A stretch of DNA of 64,000 nucleotides from Alphaproteobacteria bacterium. Lineage in GTDB: Bacteria; Pseudomonadota; Alphaproteobacteria; UBA828. The notes under the pieces are model-generated. The model worked only from the letters and a program-made list of their open reading frames with translations, did no database searches and had not been told where the DNA came from. The position numbers and the translations under genes were made by a program. Below, one piece after another: positions 33,608 through 44,373 of the stretch (positions are counted from its first letter, which is position 1; the number at the start of each line of letters is the position of its first letter). Where the stretch lies: NCBI GenBank assembly GCA_965214705.1, contig CBDCCI010000001.1:384001-448000 (forward strand), read 5' to 3'.

Positions 33608-33649
33608 AAGGGTTGGGCAGGCTCTCGAGAGAGAGCCTGCCCAACCCTT
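33608..33649. repeat. Perfect 19-bp hairpin with GAGA loop, adjacent to the putative IS91-type end GGCTTCGTTCAA
   Basis: AAGGGTTGGGCAGGCTCTC-GAGA-GAGAGCCTGCCCAACCCTT. Confidence 0.85.
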
Positions 33650-33964
33650 AACCTTGCCCGGACCCGCGACGAAGTCCGCGAATGTCGGGACCGGTCCGCC
33701 TTCCGGCCTGCCGGACCGCGCCCCGGTCTCGATGGCGAGGCACCCGGCGCGTGCTTCGTCGATGCTTGTCAGTGTCGCCGGTCCCAGCGTGATCCTGCGC
33801 GCGTCGCCCTCGCCCTTCCGGCGATAGACGAAGCTCCGGTGTCCCGAGGGCCGCACCCGCACGCCGAGACCCGCATGGCGGGTGTCCCAGACCGTGTACT
33901 CGCGGGCTGCCGGTGCTAGCTTCCTGACGTTGGCGTCGGTCAGGCGCTGCCTCTTCACAGCCAT
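33650..33964 (-). pseudogene. Second integrase of a tandem pair, arm domain only, truncated at the hairpin
   Basis: EYTVWDTRHAGLGVRVRPSG...PTFADFV. ATG lies 3 nt after the upstream integrase stop. Confidence 0.8.
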
Positions 33965-33967
33965 GAG

Positions 33968-35092
33968 TCAACCATCCAACGCGGTGCCGACGGCGTCGGC
34001 CGCCTCACGCACCATGGCGTCGGACAGGTGCGTGTATTTCAGCGTCGTAGCCGGATTCTTGTGTCCGAGCAGCCGGCCGATGGTCAGCACCGTCTCGCCC
34101 TGCGCCAGCGCCATGCTGGCGTACGTGTGGCGGCAGTCGTGAAGGCGGACATCGCATAGGTCTGCTTCAGCCCTCACGCGATGCCAGACTATGTCCACCG
34201 CCTCCGCGCTCAGAGAGCTGTTCCTTCGCAGCGACGGAAAGACCCAGGCTGCCGTGCGGGGCAGGCGGTCGAGGATCGCGCGCGCGGCGGACGAGAGCCA
34301 GATCGTTCGCGGACCAACTTTGCTGTCGGGCAGGAACAGCTTGCCCTCGCGGTAATAGCGCCACTTCAGGGTGACGATCTCGCCCTTCCGGCATCCGGTG
34401 AGCAGGAGCAGCCGTATGATCGCTACAGCCTGAGGATGATCGGCCTCGTAGTGTCCCAGCATCTCGCCCAGCCGGCGTATCTCCGCCGTCGACAAAAAGC
34501 GCTCCCGCCCCTGCCGCCGGTATCGCCTGATGCCCTTGCAAGGATTGGTGCCCTCCGGCCGGTAGCCGTAGACTTCGGCTTGGCGCATGATGACGGAGAG
34601 GATGGGGGCGGATCGGTCTGCCGCCACCGGGGTATTGTGGAGGGATGCAAACCATTGCTTGACGTCCTGGGCGGTGATGTCAGTGATCAGGCGCCCCTGG
34701 AACCAAGGCAGGATCTGGTTCCGGTAGTAGCCCCGGTTGACGCTGAGCGTCGAAGGCTTCCAGTTCCGGGCGTAGCGCCGAAACACTTCGTCGGCGACGG
34801 TCTCGAATGGGGTGTCCGGCAAAACCGTAGCGGCCTCGTCGTTTTCGTTCCGGATCGAGGCCAGCATGACTTTGGCCCGTTCGCGGGCGACATCCACGCC
34901 GATAGAGCCGGACTGGCCGACGATCTTCCAGACGCGACAACCATTGTGCTGGCTATGGATGAAGTAGCGCTTGTTGCCCGAGGGCAGCACCCTGACGCCG
35001 AAGCCCTTGAGTTCGCGGTCGCGAACGTCGTATGCGGACTTTCGGGGCTTGAGCGCGTCGACGCGGCGTTGACTGAGGCTAAGCGTTGCCAC
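33968..35092 (-). CDS. Tyrosine integrase (DUF4102 arm domain), intact
   Basis: TGCRKGEI, DSK, HDCRH, LLGH and TLKYTH catalytic set. Confidence 0.92.
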   Translation of the reverse strand: MATLSLSQRRVDALKPRKSAYDVRDRELKGFGVRVLPSGNKRYFIHSQHNGCRVWKIVGQSGSIGVDVARERAKVMLASIRNENDEAATVLPDTPFETVADEVFRRYARNWKPSTLSVNRGYYRNQILPWFQGRLITDITAQDVKQWFASLHNTPVAADRSAPILSVIMRQAEVYGYRPEGTNPCKGIRRYRRQGRERFLSTAEIRRLGEMLGHYEADHPQAVAIIRLLLLTGCRKGEIVTLKWRYYREGKLFLPDSKVGPRTIWLSSAARAILDRLPRTAAWVFPSLRRNSSLSAEAVDIVWHRVRAEADLCDVRLHDCRHTYASMALAQGETVLTIGRLLGHKNPATTLKYTHLSDAMVREAADAVGTALDG

Positions 35093-35215
35093 TGGCTTTC
35101 CTCCTGCATTCCGTGTTGCAGCCGGGGCGAAAACGCGGACGGATTCCGCGCCTTCCGGCCAGAACAGGAGGAAAAAAGCAACGCTATGTCAGTACATTAG
35201 CACCGAAGGTGCGCA

Positions 35216-35495
35216 TGAAGGTGTGGCCGATATCGATGGCGCCCGCGGCGACATCGCCAAAGACCTGCTCGCCGTAGCCGAGCTGGCCGGCGGGAAAGGT
35301 CTTGACGCTGAGGCCCACGTCAGCGGCTTCGAGGTCCGCCTGGATCTGGTTGAGCGCCTCCGTGCCGAAGTGATCGATCGGGTGCTGGCCCGCAATCTTG
35401 AGGCTTACCTCATCGGCGCTGGCCTGCGCCGCGAAGACGCCGGCGCTCAGGGCCACTGCCCCCACCAGGGCAGCAATCTGTTTATACAGTTTCAT
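35216..35495 (-). pseudogene. TRAP transporter solute-binding DctP, N-terminal fragment
   Basis: Signal peptide plus LKIAGQHP..KTFPAGQLG.GEQVF..VAAGAIDI. Truncated at the integrase leader. Confidence 0.8.
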
Positions 35496-35798
35496 GATCT
35501 CCTCCATTGTTTGAGCCTGCCGCCGCACGGCACGGGCTTTTCACACAGACAGAGATTTTTTACCATATCGGATAATACATCCTTTTATGGCAAATTGTAT
35601 GCACGAATGTCATACCTGTGATCGGTCATCGAACGGCTCTGCAGCCAATCAGGCGCATCACTGGGTACAGCCCGTGCCGTATTGCGGCATGTTTTCCACG
35701 CGCCGACAGTGGAGGCTCCGGAACCTGTTGTCTTGCACGCACTGGATGATTTGGAGAATATTTTTTATACAGAGACGACTTTTCTAATATCGGACGCT

Positions 35799-36533
35799 AT
35801 GGACGCAGAGCAGGCACTCTTCACCGCGCCGGCGCTGCCGCCCGATATCGAGCCCGACATGCGCGTCGGCTTTATCCTCTCGCCGCGCTTCACGCTCACG
35901 CCGTTCGCAGCCTTTATCGACTGCCTGCGCCATGCGGCCGACGAGGCGGACTTCAGCCGGCAGGTCTATTGCCACTGGAAGATCGTCGCGCCGACGCTGG
36001 ACCCCGTGACGGCAAGCTGCGGCGTGGAGGTGCGCCCGCATGCGCTGCTGCCGGAAGACGAGACGTTCGACCATCTCGTCGTCATCGGCGGCTTGCTGCC
36101 CGCGAGCCTGGAGCACCCGGAAGAGACGCTGCGCTACCTGTGTCACGCCTACGCGCACAACACGATTATCGTCGGCCTGTGCACGGCGAGCTTCGTGCTC
36201 GCCAAGGCGGGGCTTCTCGAAAACCGCCGCTGTGCCCTGCACTTCGAGCACGTGGGTCAGTTCAAGCAGATGTTCCCGCGTGCCAGGCCGGAGGCTGACC
36301 AGTCATTCGTCAACGACGGCGAGATCATCACGAGCCCCGGCGACACCCCGGCCAGCTTGAGCCGCAAGATACGGCTCGCGCACGGCCACTGGCTGCTGGT
36401 CAACACGACCAGGACGGTGACGCAGATCGCCGCCGATTGCGGCTACGCCGACGGTGCGCACTTTTGCCGCTGGTTCGGAAGCGTCTACGGCGAGACACCG
36501 TCCCGCTTCCGCAACCGCCGCCGCCAGATTTAG
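35799..36533 (+). pseudogene. GlxA/FtrA-family AraC regulator with apparent internal in-frame deletion
   Basis: A DJ-1-like domain ending IITSPG joins directly to DTPASLSRKIRL..IAADCGY. The linker and first HTH appear missing. Confidence 0.7.
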
Positions 36534-36794
36534 ATGACAAGTCTCATCGGGATCAGCGCCTCCGATCGCGGCCAGTTGTGGCCGCGGCCTTCGATCTGGA
36601 GTAGCTTGACGGCGTTCGGGATCCTGCAACCGGTCCAGACGACCATGAGGATGTACGCCCGTCGTTGGGATCGCGGTCGTCCGGAAGCTGTCGCTCTGAC
36701 CAGTACAGCCTTGGAGCAGCCGGAAATGCTTCATGGTCTGGAGGAGGCCCCAAGGGCCCACTCTTCCGAGGTGTGAGGAGAGGAGAACCCGGTC

Positions 36795-38537
36795 GTGCCA
36801 AACGCTCTGCTGGTATATCTGGAACAGCCTCCTTCCTTTTGGGGCGCCGACTACGCGCTGGAAATGTCGGGGGTCAAGGCGACCTTTCCGCCTCTGGGGC
36901 TGCTGACCATCGCCGCAATGTTTCCCCCGAGCTACGCGCTCCGCGTGGTCGACATCAACGTCAGCGCCCTGGATGACGCCGATTTGGAGTGGGCGGATCT
37001 GGTGTTCACGTCCTCAATGATCACGCAGCACCCGTCGCTGTGCGCCGTGGTCGAGCGGTGCAATCGCGCAGGCGTTCCCGTGGTGGCCGGCGGGCCTCAC
37101 CCGACCACGTTTCACGATGACATCCCGGGCGTCGACCACTTCGTGCTGGGCGAGGCAGAGGAGATCTTTGCGGATTTCCTTCGGGATCTGGAGGCCGGCA
37201 CGGCCAAGGCCATTTATCGGGAGACGCGGAAGCCGGATGTGACCCGGACTCCGATACCCCGCTTCGACCTCATCGACATGAAGAACTACGCCACGATGAG
37301 CGTGCAGTTCTCCCGAGGATGTCCATTCGACTGCGAGTTCTGCGACATCATCAAGCTCTACGGTCGCGTGCCTCGCACCAAGGCTCCGGAACAGATTGTG
37401 GCGGAGCTCGACTCTCTGTATCGGCTGGGTTGGCGAGGCCCCGTCTTCATGGTCGACGACAATTTCATCGGCAACAAACGAGATGCCATGATGCTGCTGC
37501 CGGCGATAACCGAGTGGCAAAAGAGCAAGGGGTATCCGTTCACGCTGATTACGGAAGCGAGTGCAAACCTCGCGCTCTTGGACGAGCTGATGGATGCGAT
37601 GGTCGATGCCGGTTTCAATACAGTGTTTGTCGGTATCGAAACCCCCAACCCCGAGGCCTTGCTCAAGACCAAGAAGTCGCAAAACACCAGCAAGGACGAG
37701 GAGAACTACCTCTTCCGTGCCGTTCGGAAAATCCAGCAGCGTGGGATGCAGGTCCAGGGCGGGTTCATCCTGGGTCTTGATGGCGACGACGGAGGGGTAT
37801 TCGACGCCCAGATCGAGTTCATCCAGGAGACCGGCATTCCCGTGGCCCCCATCTACTTGCTGACGGCGTTGAAGGGCACGGACATGTACGAGCGCCTGAA
37901 GGCGGAGAACCGGCTTCTGGAGACGCCGATCGGAACCAATGCCATGTCTCTCAACTTCAAGACGGAGATGAGATACGAGACGTTGATCGAGGGTTACAAA
38001 CGAGTGATAGCCGCCCTCTACGATCCCACTTTGGAGAATTACTTCAAGCGCTGCCTGACCTTGTTTCAGCATCTGAAACCAGTTCCTCACCTACGGAAAC
38101 CGGTGAGCAAGGACAAGACTTTTGCAGCCCTTATGGGAGTTCGTCGTGGCCTGAGCGCCAGACAGATACCCGCCTACTCGAAGTTCATCGGCAAGGTCTC
38201 CAAGGACTACCCCCGCATGCTTCCGGAGGCGATCTACCTGGCTGCTCTGGGTCACCACTTCGAAAAGATCGGGCGCCAGCAGATCGCAATTCATGACTTT
38301 CTGGGCTTCCTGAGAGGCGAGCTGGAGACGTTCCGGGACGAGGCTGCAGGTCGCGCTTCGGAAGTGGAGGAAATCAGCGCCCGGCGACAGACGTCATTCG
38401 AGGGAGCCCGGCGACGCTACGAGTCCATACCCGATGAGTATCGATACGGGGTAGACGGGCTGGACCATGCGCTGGAGGACTTCCGGCGTGCGGTGGATGC
38501 GCGGTCGGATGAATCCGTGCGCTCGGCAGCGATTTGA
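36795..38537 (+). CDS. B12-binding radical SAM protein (DUF4070-type)
   Basis: PPLGLLTIAA, VVAGGP, SRGCPFDCEFC, VDDNFIGN and GGFILGLDGD motifs. Confidence 0.9.
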   Translation: MPNALLVYLEQPPSFWGADYALEMSGVKATFPPLGLLTIAAMFPPSYALRVVDINVSALDDADLEWADLVFTSSMITQHPSLCAVVERCNRAGVPVVAGGPHPTTFHDDIPGVDHFVLGEAEEIFADFLRDLEAGTAKAIYRETRKPDVTRTPIPRFDLIDMKNYATMSVQFSRGCPFDCEFCDIIKLYGRVPRTKAPEQIVAELDSLYRLGWRGPVFMVDDNFIGNKRDAMMLLPAITEWQKSKGYPFTLITEASANLALLDELMDAMVDAGFNTVFVGIETPNPEALLKTKKSQNTSKDEENYLFRAVRKIQQRGMQVQGGFILGLDGDDGGVFDAQIEFIQETGIPVAPIYLLTALKGTDMYERLKAENRLLETPIGTNAMSLNFKTEMRYETLIEGYKRVIAALYDPTLENYFKRCLTLFQHLKPVPHLRKPVSKDKTFAALMGVRRGLSARQIPAYSKFIGKVSKDYPRMLPEAIYLAALGHHFEKIGRQQIAIHDFLGFLRGELETFRDEAAGRASEVEEISARRQTSFEGARRRYESIPDEYRYGVDGLDHALEDFRRAVDARSDESVRSAAI

Positions 38538-38744
38538 AGAACATCTTTCTGGCCGATCGGTCTCACCGGGGTCAGCGCGGCAAATCGCTCCTGCGGAACT
38601 GACGCAGCAAGGCCCAAATCTCTTCGGTTCTCTCGATGCCGCGGCTGTGGGTGCCGGACCATCCGCGCCACGTGTCCACGTTATTCGACATATGGCGCTG
38701 TGCTATCGTGACGGAAAGTTGGAGGCCGCCGCGGGAGCGATCTC

Positions 38745-39446
38745 ATGGAATTGGCACTCGATGCCATCACATCGGGCTATGGCGGTATCCCGATCGTCCG
38801 CGAGGTCTCGCTCGAGGTGGGCACGGGCGAGATCGTCGCTATCGTCGGCCGCAACGGCGTCGGCAAGACGACGCTGATCGAGACCGTCGCGGGCCTACTG
38901 CCGGTGATGGGCGGCGGCATCACCTTCCGCGACCGAGATATCACCCGTACCGATGCGCGCCACCGGGCACGCTTGGGCATGGGATACGTGCCCCAAGGGC
39001 GCGGTATCTTCTCCCGGCTCTCGGTCGAGGAGAACCTGCGGATGGGCGAGCTTGTCGGCGGGAAGCGCGCCGAGGCCGCCTTCGAGCGGGTCTACGAGTG
39101 GTTCCCGCGGCTGCGCGAGCGGCGCCGGCAGCGGGCAGGCACCCTCAGCGGCGGCGAGCAGCAGATGCTCGCCATTGGGCGAATTCTGGTGGGCCAGCCC
39201 AGCATCCTGCTGCTCGACGAGCCCTCGGAGGGCATCCAGCCCACCATCGTCGAGCTCATCGCCGACGTGATCGCGAGCCTCAACCAGAAGGACTCGCTCA
39301 CGGTGCTGCTGGTCGAGCAGAACATCGACCTGGTCTGCGCGACCGCCCATCGCTGCATCGTGGTGGACAAGGGCGCGACGGCAGCGACGCTCACGCCGGA
39401 CGAGCTCGCCGACCCGGAGGTCGCGCGCAAGTACCTCGCGATCTAG
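38745..39446 (+). CDS. ABC ATP-binding protein (UrtE/LivF-like)
   Basis: GRNGVGKTT, LSGGEQQ and LDEPSEGIQP motifs. Confidence 0.9.
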   Translation: MELALDAITSGYGGIPIVREVSLEVGTGEIVAIVGRNGVGKTTLIETVAGLLPVMGGGITFRDRDITRTDARHRARLGMGYVPQGRGIFSRLSVEENLRMGELVGGKRAEAAFERVYEWFPRLRERRRQRAGTLSGGEQQMLAIGRILVGQPSILLLDEPSEGIQPTIVELIADVIASLNQKDSLTVLLVEQNIDLVCATAHRCIVVDKGATAATLTPDELADPEVARKYLAI

Positions 39447-39502
39447 CCTAGCTATCTCACCAGTGTCACGGCCCGCTTTACGGCCCAGGGAGGGAGAACA
39501 GG

Positions 39503-40920
39503 ATGAGCGGTGACGATCTCTGCTTTCAGACTGCGACCGAGGTGATCGCGGCATTCAAGGCGCGCACGCTGTCGCCCGTGGAACTGATGGACGCGATCAT
39601 CGATCGCTGCGAGCGAGTCAACCCGACGATCAGCGCGTTCACTTACACCTTCTTCGACCGCGCGCGGGAGCAGGCCAGGGAGGCCGAAAAGGCTTATGCG
39701 GCCGGTACCGCACGGGCGCTGGAGGGCGTGCCTTGCGTGATCAAGGACCTGCATCCGGTCGAGGGCGAAATCACCACGTGGGGCTCCAAGGTCTATGAAG
39801 GCGTACCAGCCGATTACACGGTGCCGACGGTGCAACGCCTGTTCGATGCAGGCATCATCATGCACGCCCGCTCGACCACATCGGAGTTCGCCCATACCGG
39901 GCACGGCCACAGCCCGCTTTGGGGCGTGACACGCAACCCGTGGAATCTCGAACTGAGTCCAGGTGGCTCTTCGGCCGGCGCAGGCGCCTCGGTCTGCGCA
40001 GGGCTCACCACCATCGCGGACGGCACCGACGGCGGCGGCTCGGTGCGCATTCCCGCCTCGGCATGCGGCGTCTTCGGCTACAAGCCGCCGTTCGGCCGCA
40101 ATCCGGTCAACCTGCTCGCCACCAATTGGGAGCCGATCCTTCACTTCGGCCCGATCACGCGGAGCGTGGCCGACGGGGCGCTGATGCAGAACGTGATGAG
40201 CGGACAGCACGTCAGCGACATCACCACGCTGCGGGACAAGGTGGTCTTGCCGGAGACATTCGAGAGCTTCCGGGGGCCAAGGTCGCGGTGTCGATGGACC
40301 TCCGCTATTTCGAGGTCGACGACGAGGTGCGCAAGAACACGCAGGCGGCCTTCGACGTGTTCGAGAACGAGCTCGGTTGCACCGTGACCGAGGTCGATCT
40401 CGGCTGGACCTATGCCACCTACGACGCCTGGGTCACCCACTGGCAGGGGCTGTTCTCGGCGATCGCAGGGCATTACCTGCCACGCTGGCAGTACGAAATG
40501 GACCCGGTGGTGGTCAATCTGCTCAAGACCGGCGACACCCACAGCGCCGCCCGTGTGCGCCAGATCGAGTTCGTCGCGACCGACATGTACCGCTCGCTCG
40601 GGCCGATCCTGGAGGAACACGATGTGCTGCTTTGCCCCACCCTCGCGGTTGCCGCCACTGGGGCCGAGCACGGCGGCGACGACACCGACTTCACCATCAA
40701 CGGCAAGCCCGTCGATGCCATGCTGCAATGGGCGATGACCTATCCGCTCAACCTAGTCAGCCAGTGCCCGGTCGCGAGCGTGCCGAGCGGCTTCGTGAGC
40801 AACGGCGCGCCCTCCGGTCTTCAGATCGTGGGCCGCACCTACGAGGACGAGACCGTGTTCCGCGCTGCGGCCGCGTTCGAGGCGGTCAGGCCCTGGCGGG
40901 GGCAGAGGCCGCCGGTTTGA
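39503..40920 (+). pseudogene. Amidase (signature family) with a single frameshift near 40272
   Basis: GGSSAGA and GTDGGGSVRIPAS in one frame. C-terminus (P.GLQIVG) in another. The shift is at a G5 run. Confidence 0.8.
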
Positions 40921-41005
40921 CCGCCGGGGCGGTTGCCTTCCCGACGGCGGCCACGGCATACTGACATCGGGACAACAGGTTCTTCACAAGGGAGGAAAGT
41001 AAATC

Positions 41006-42274
41006 ATGTCTAAGGCGATACGACTCCGCTCCAAATGGAAATGGGCGGTTGTGCCGTTAACTCTTGCGGCAGTGGCCTTGTTTTCGAACACCGAAGCGGC
41101 CGCAGAGGATCCGATCAAGATCTGCGTGATCGACGATCATTCCGGCGACTTTGCGCTGATCGTAGCGCCAAAGACGCTCGGTTATGAGACCGCCATTAAG
41201 GAAATCAACGATGCCGGCGGCGTGCTGGGTCGCCAGCTCGAAATGGTCTTCTATGACGGCCAGTCTGACGTCAAAAGGCACCAAGAGCTCGCGCAAAAGT
41301 GCATTCTCGACGACGAAGTCGACGTCGTCATGGCCGGCGCGACCAGCTCCGCGCGTGAGGCGGCACGAGCAGTTGCGGTCGAAAACGAGGTGATTTACTG
41401 GCACAACAACCAGGGCGAGGGCGGAATCGCCGACAAGTACTCGTTTTTCACCGGGCCCATTCCCGAGCAGCAAATTCTCACCGGTGTGAGCTATATGATC
41501 GAGAAGTACGGGCCCAAGATGTACATCCTGGCGGCCGATTACGGCTTCGGTCAGGTCAGCGCCTTGTGGACGCACGCCGCCGCCGGTCTTTACGGCGGGG
41601 AAGTCGTCGGCGAAGAGTTCATTCCGCTCGGAAACTCCGACTTTGCCGCGACCATCGCGAACATTCAGAAGGCAAAGCCTGACTTCGGCGTCTTCTATTT
41701 GGTGGGTGGTGCCCAGTACAACTACTACCCGCAGGCCGCCGCTGCCGGCGCCAACATTCCGGCGGTTTCGACCGTGAACGTGCAGCAGGGATACGAGCAC
41801 AAGCGCTATCCGCCGCCCGCTCTGGTCGACATGTACATCCCCTTCGGGTTCGTCGAGGAGACACCGACGGAATCCGCGCGCGCGTTCGTCGAGAAGGCGC
41901 GGGCGATCAATCCGGACGAGCCCTACATCAACCAGATGACGCGCTGCGCCTACGTCGCCATTCACCTCATGGCGCTGGCGTGGGAGCGGGCCGGAACGAC
42001 CGAGACGCAGGCCACAATCGCGGCTCTGGAATCGGGCCTCTCCTTCGATGCGCCTGAAGGGCCGGTCTTCCTCGATCCGGCGACGCACCATCTGACCATG
42101 GATATCAGGATGGGGCGCGTGAACGAGAACCACGATCTGGAATTCGTTCACGACTTCGGCGCCATCGAGCCTTGGTGGCTCAGGACGCTCGGCGTTAACC
42201 TGGTACGGACCGACGAGGCGAGGCAGTTCCTGCCCTGGGACGACCCGCGCCTCGCGCAGTACAAGACTGAGTAG
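41006..42274 (+). CDS. Amide/urea ABC substrate-binding protein
   Basis: Signal peptide, INDAGGVLGRQLE, TSSAREA and AADYGFG motifs. Confidence 0.88.
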   Translation: MSKAIRLRSKWKWAVVPLTLAAVALFSNTEAAAEDPIKICVIDDHSGDFALIVAPKTLGYETAIKEINDAGGVLGRQLEMVFYDGQSDVKRHQELAQKCILDDEVDVVMAGATSSAREAARAVAVENEVIYWHNNQGEGGIADKYSFFTGPIPEQQILTGVSYMIEKYGPKMYILAADYGFGQVSALWTHAAAGLYGGEVVGEEFIPLGNSDFAATIANIQKAKPDFGVFYLVGGAQYNYYPQAAAAGANIPAVSTVNVQQGYEHKRYPPPALVDMYIPFGFVEETPTESARAFVEKARAINPDEPYINQMTRCAYVAIHLMALAWERAGTTETQATIAALESGLSFDAPEGPVFLDPATHHLTMDIRMGRVNENHDLEFVHDFGAIEPWWLRTLGVNLVRTDEARQFLPWDDPRLAQYKTE

Positions 42275-42384
42275 CGATTACTTCTCCTGTAGTCCGGTAG
42301 CGGGGCCGCCGTTCAAGGCTCCGCTGCCGGACGCTGACATGCTCTTGTCAGAAAGAGGCGCCGACTAGGGGGAAGGCCCGTCGC

Positions 42385-43275
42385 ATGGAGACGATCTCGT
42401 TCATCGTCGGCCTGCTTTACCAATACGCCGACACGATCACGCTCCTCGCCCTCTCGGCCATCGGCCTCATCATCATCTTCGGCATGATGGGCGTCATCAA
42501 TATGGCGCACGGCGAGATGATGATGATCGGCGCCTACATCACGTCGTTCTCGTACTACGCCGGCATCCCGACCGCGCTTGCCGTCATCTTCGGCGGCATT
42601 GGCGCCGGCGTCGCCGGGATGGTCCTGGAACGCTTGGTCATACGACGATTCTACGGGCAACTCTTATCGTCCCTTGTGGCGACATGGGGGCTCAGCCTCA
42701 TCTTGAGCCAGGGGGCTCTGCTCGTCTTCGGCCAGCTCATCCAGAGCGTGCCGACACCGTTCGGCAGCTTCACGGTCGCCGATCTGTCCTACTCCTACTA
42801 CCGCGTGTTCATCTTCCTGGTCGCGCTGGTCATGATCGCGGGCCTTTGGGGGCTCTTCCGCTTCACCCGCTTCGGCGTGCGCGCGCGGGCGACCATGGAA
42901 AACCCGCGGATGGCACGCGCGCTCGGCGTCGATACCACCCGCGTCTACGCGCTCACCTTCGGGCTCGGCACCATGCTGGGGGGCTTTGCCGGCGGACTGC
43001 TGGCGCTGACGTCGACCATCGGCCCCTTCTACGGCATGACCTATACGCCGCAGGCCTTCATCACGGTGGTCGTGGGCGGCGGCGCGGAGGTGGTGACGGG
43101 GCTACTCGCCAGCGTCCTCTCCCTCGGTGCCATCAAGACCATCTTCATGAACCAGACGAACATCCTGCTCGGGCACGTCGCGATGCTGGTGCTCGCCTTC
43201 GTGATCATTCGCCTGATGCCGTCCGGAATCTCCGACTGGGTGGAGAGGCGACAGGTCAGGGTGCGGGAGCGGTAG
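42385..43275 (+). CDS. ABC permease (UrtB-like)
   Basis: IFGMMGVINMAHGEM and LVATWG motifs. Confidence 0.9.
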   Translation: METISFIVGLLYQYADTITLLALSAIGLIIIFGMMGVINMAHGEMMMIGAYITSFSYYAGIPTALAVIFGGIGAGVAGMVLERLVIRRFYGQLLSSLVATWGLSLILSQGALLVFGQLIQSVPTPFGSFTVADLSYSYYRVFIFLVALVMIAGLWGLFRFTRFGVRARATMENPRMARALGVDTTRVYALTFGLGTMLGGFAGGLLALTSTIGPFYGMTYTPQAFITVVVGGGAEVVTGLLASVLSLGAIKTIFMNQTNILLGHVAMLVLAFVIIRLMPSGISDWVERRQVRVRER

Positions 43276-43284
43276 GCAGCCGGG

Positions 43285-44370
43285 ATGTCGGTCATCCAGC
43301 GACCTTTGGCGCTCCTGGTCGGCCCGCAGGAGATGGGCCGGACCTGGTACTTCTGGGTCGGCTTCGTGATCGTGATCGGCGTCGGTGCCGCCGCCCCCCA
43401 ATATCTGGGGCGCTTCGATCTGCTCAACCTTGCCAATTTCCTGACAAGCATCTTCCTGGCGCTCAGCCTCTGCCTGATCTGGGGCTTCTGCGGCATCCTG
43501 AGCCTCGGTCAGGCGGCCTTCCTCGGGCTCGGTGGCTACGCCTACGGTGTCGCCGGCATCAACTTCATCGAGAGCCACGGCAACACCTGGGCCGCGCTCG
43601 GAATCGGTCTTTCGGTGCCGGTGGCGCTCGCGGCCGTGCTCGGCTTCGTCATGTTCTATGCGCGGCTCAAGGGCGTCTACGTGGCAATCCTGATGCTCGT
43701 GGTGACGCTGCTGTTCGAGACCTTCCTCAATCAGACCGCAGGCCAGGGCTGGTTCATCGGCGACGCTCACTTGGGCGGAAACAACGGCCTCGGGCGGTTC
43801 TCGGGCGTCATCAAGAAGCCCCCCAGCTTCATTTTCAGCGAAGGGGGCATCAAGTTCCTCGGCAAGAGCTACGCCTTCTTCTATCTGACGTTCGGGCTGG
43901 CGGTGCTCTGCTATCTGGGCCTGCGCATCATGGTGAACTCGAAGCTCGGCTTCGTCATGGTCGCAATCCGCGAGGACCCGGAGCGAACCGAGGCGCTCGG
44001 CTACGACGTGCGCCTGATCCAGCTGATCGTCTTCTGCGTCTCCGCTCTCCTGGCCTCGATGTCCGGCATTCTCTACGTCTCCTGGGGCCGCTTCATCACG
44101 CCGGACGTGTTCGGCGTGTACAACAATATCCTGCCGGTCATCTGGGTTGCCGTCGCAGGCCGTAAGAGCCTGACCGCAACCGTCATCGGGACCCTCGTGC
44201 TGGTCTGGATGTCGCAGCGCCTGACCGAGACCGACTACGCCTTCGTGGTGCTCGGCGGCATTCTGGTGGGCGCCATGCTGCTGCTCCCGGAGGGAGTCAT
44301 CACCGGGATCGTCGATCGCAGCGCCGGACTCCGCGCCCGGCTGGCGGCAAGAATCAGGGCGCAGGCCTGA
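43285..44370 (+). CDS. ABC permease (UrtC-like)
   Basis: WGFCGILSLGQAAF and AIREDPERTEALGY motifs. Confidence 0.9.
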   Translation: MSVIQRPLALLVGPQEMGRTWYFWVGFVIVIGVGAAAPQYLGRFDLLNLANFLTSIFLALSLCLIWGFCGILSLGQAAFLGLGGYAYGVAGINFIESHGNTWAALGIGLSVPVALAAVLGFVMFYARLKGVYVAILMLVVTLLFETFLNQTAGQGWFIGDAHLGGNNGLGRFSGVIKKPPSFIFSEGGIKFLGKSYAFFYLTFGLAVLCYLGLRIMVNSKLGFVMVAIREDPERTEALGYDVRLIQLIVFCVSALLASMSGILYVSWGRFITPDVFGVYNNILPVIWVAVAGRKSLTATVIGTLVLVWMSQRLTETDYAFVVLGGILVGAMLLLPEGVITGIVDRSAGLRARLAARIRAQA

Positions 44371-44373
44371 GCG

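Noticed and set aside
40265-40285. Programmed frameshift or phase variation in the amidase
   Set aside because: The run is only G5 with no slippery heptamer, so a sequencing error or simple mutation is more likely.
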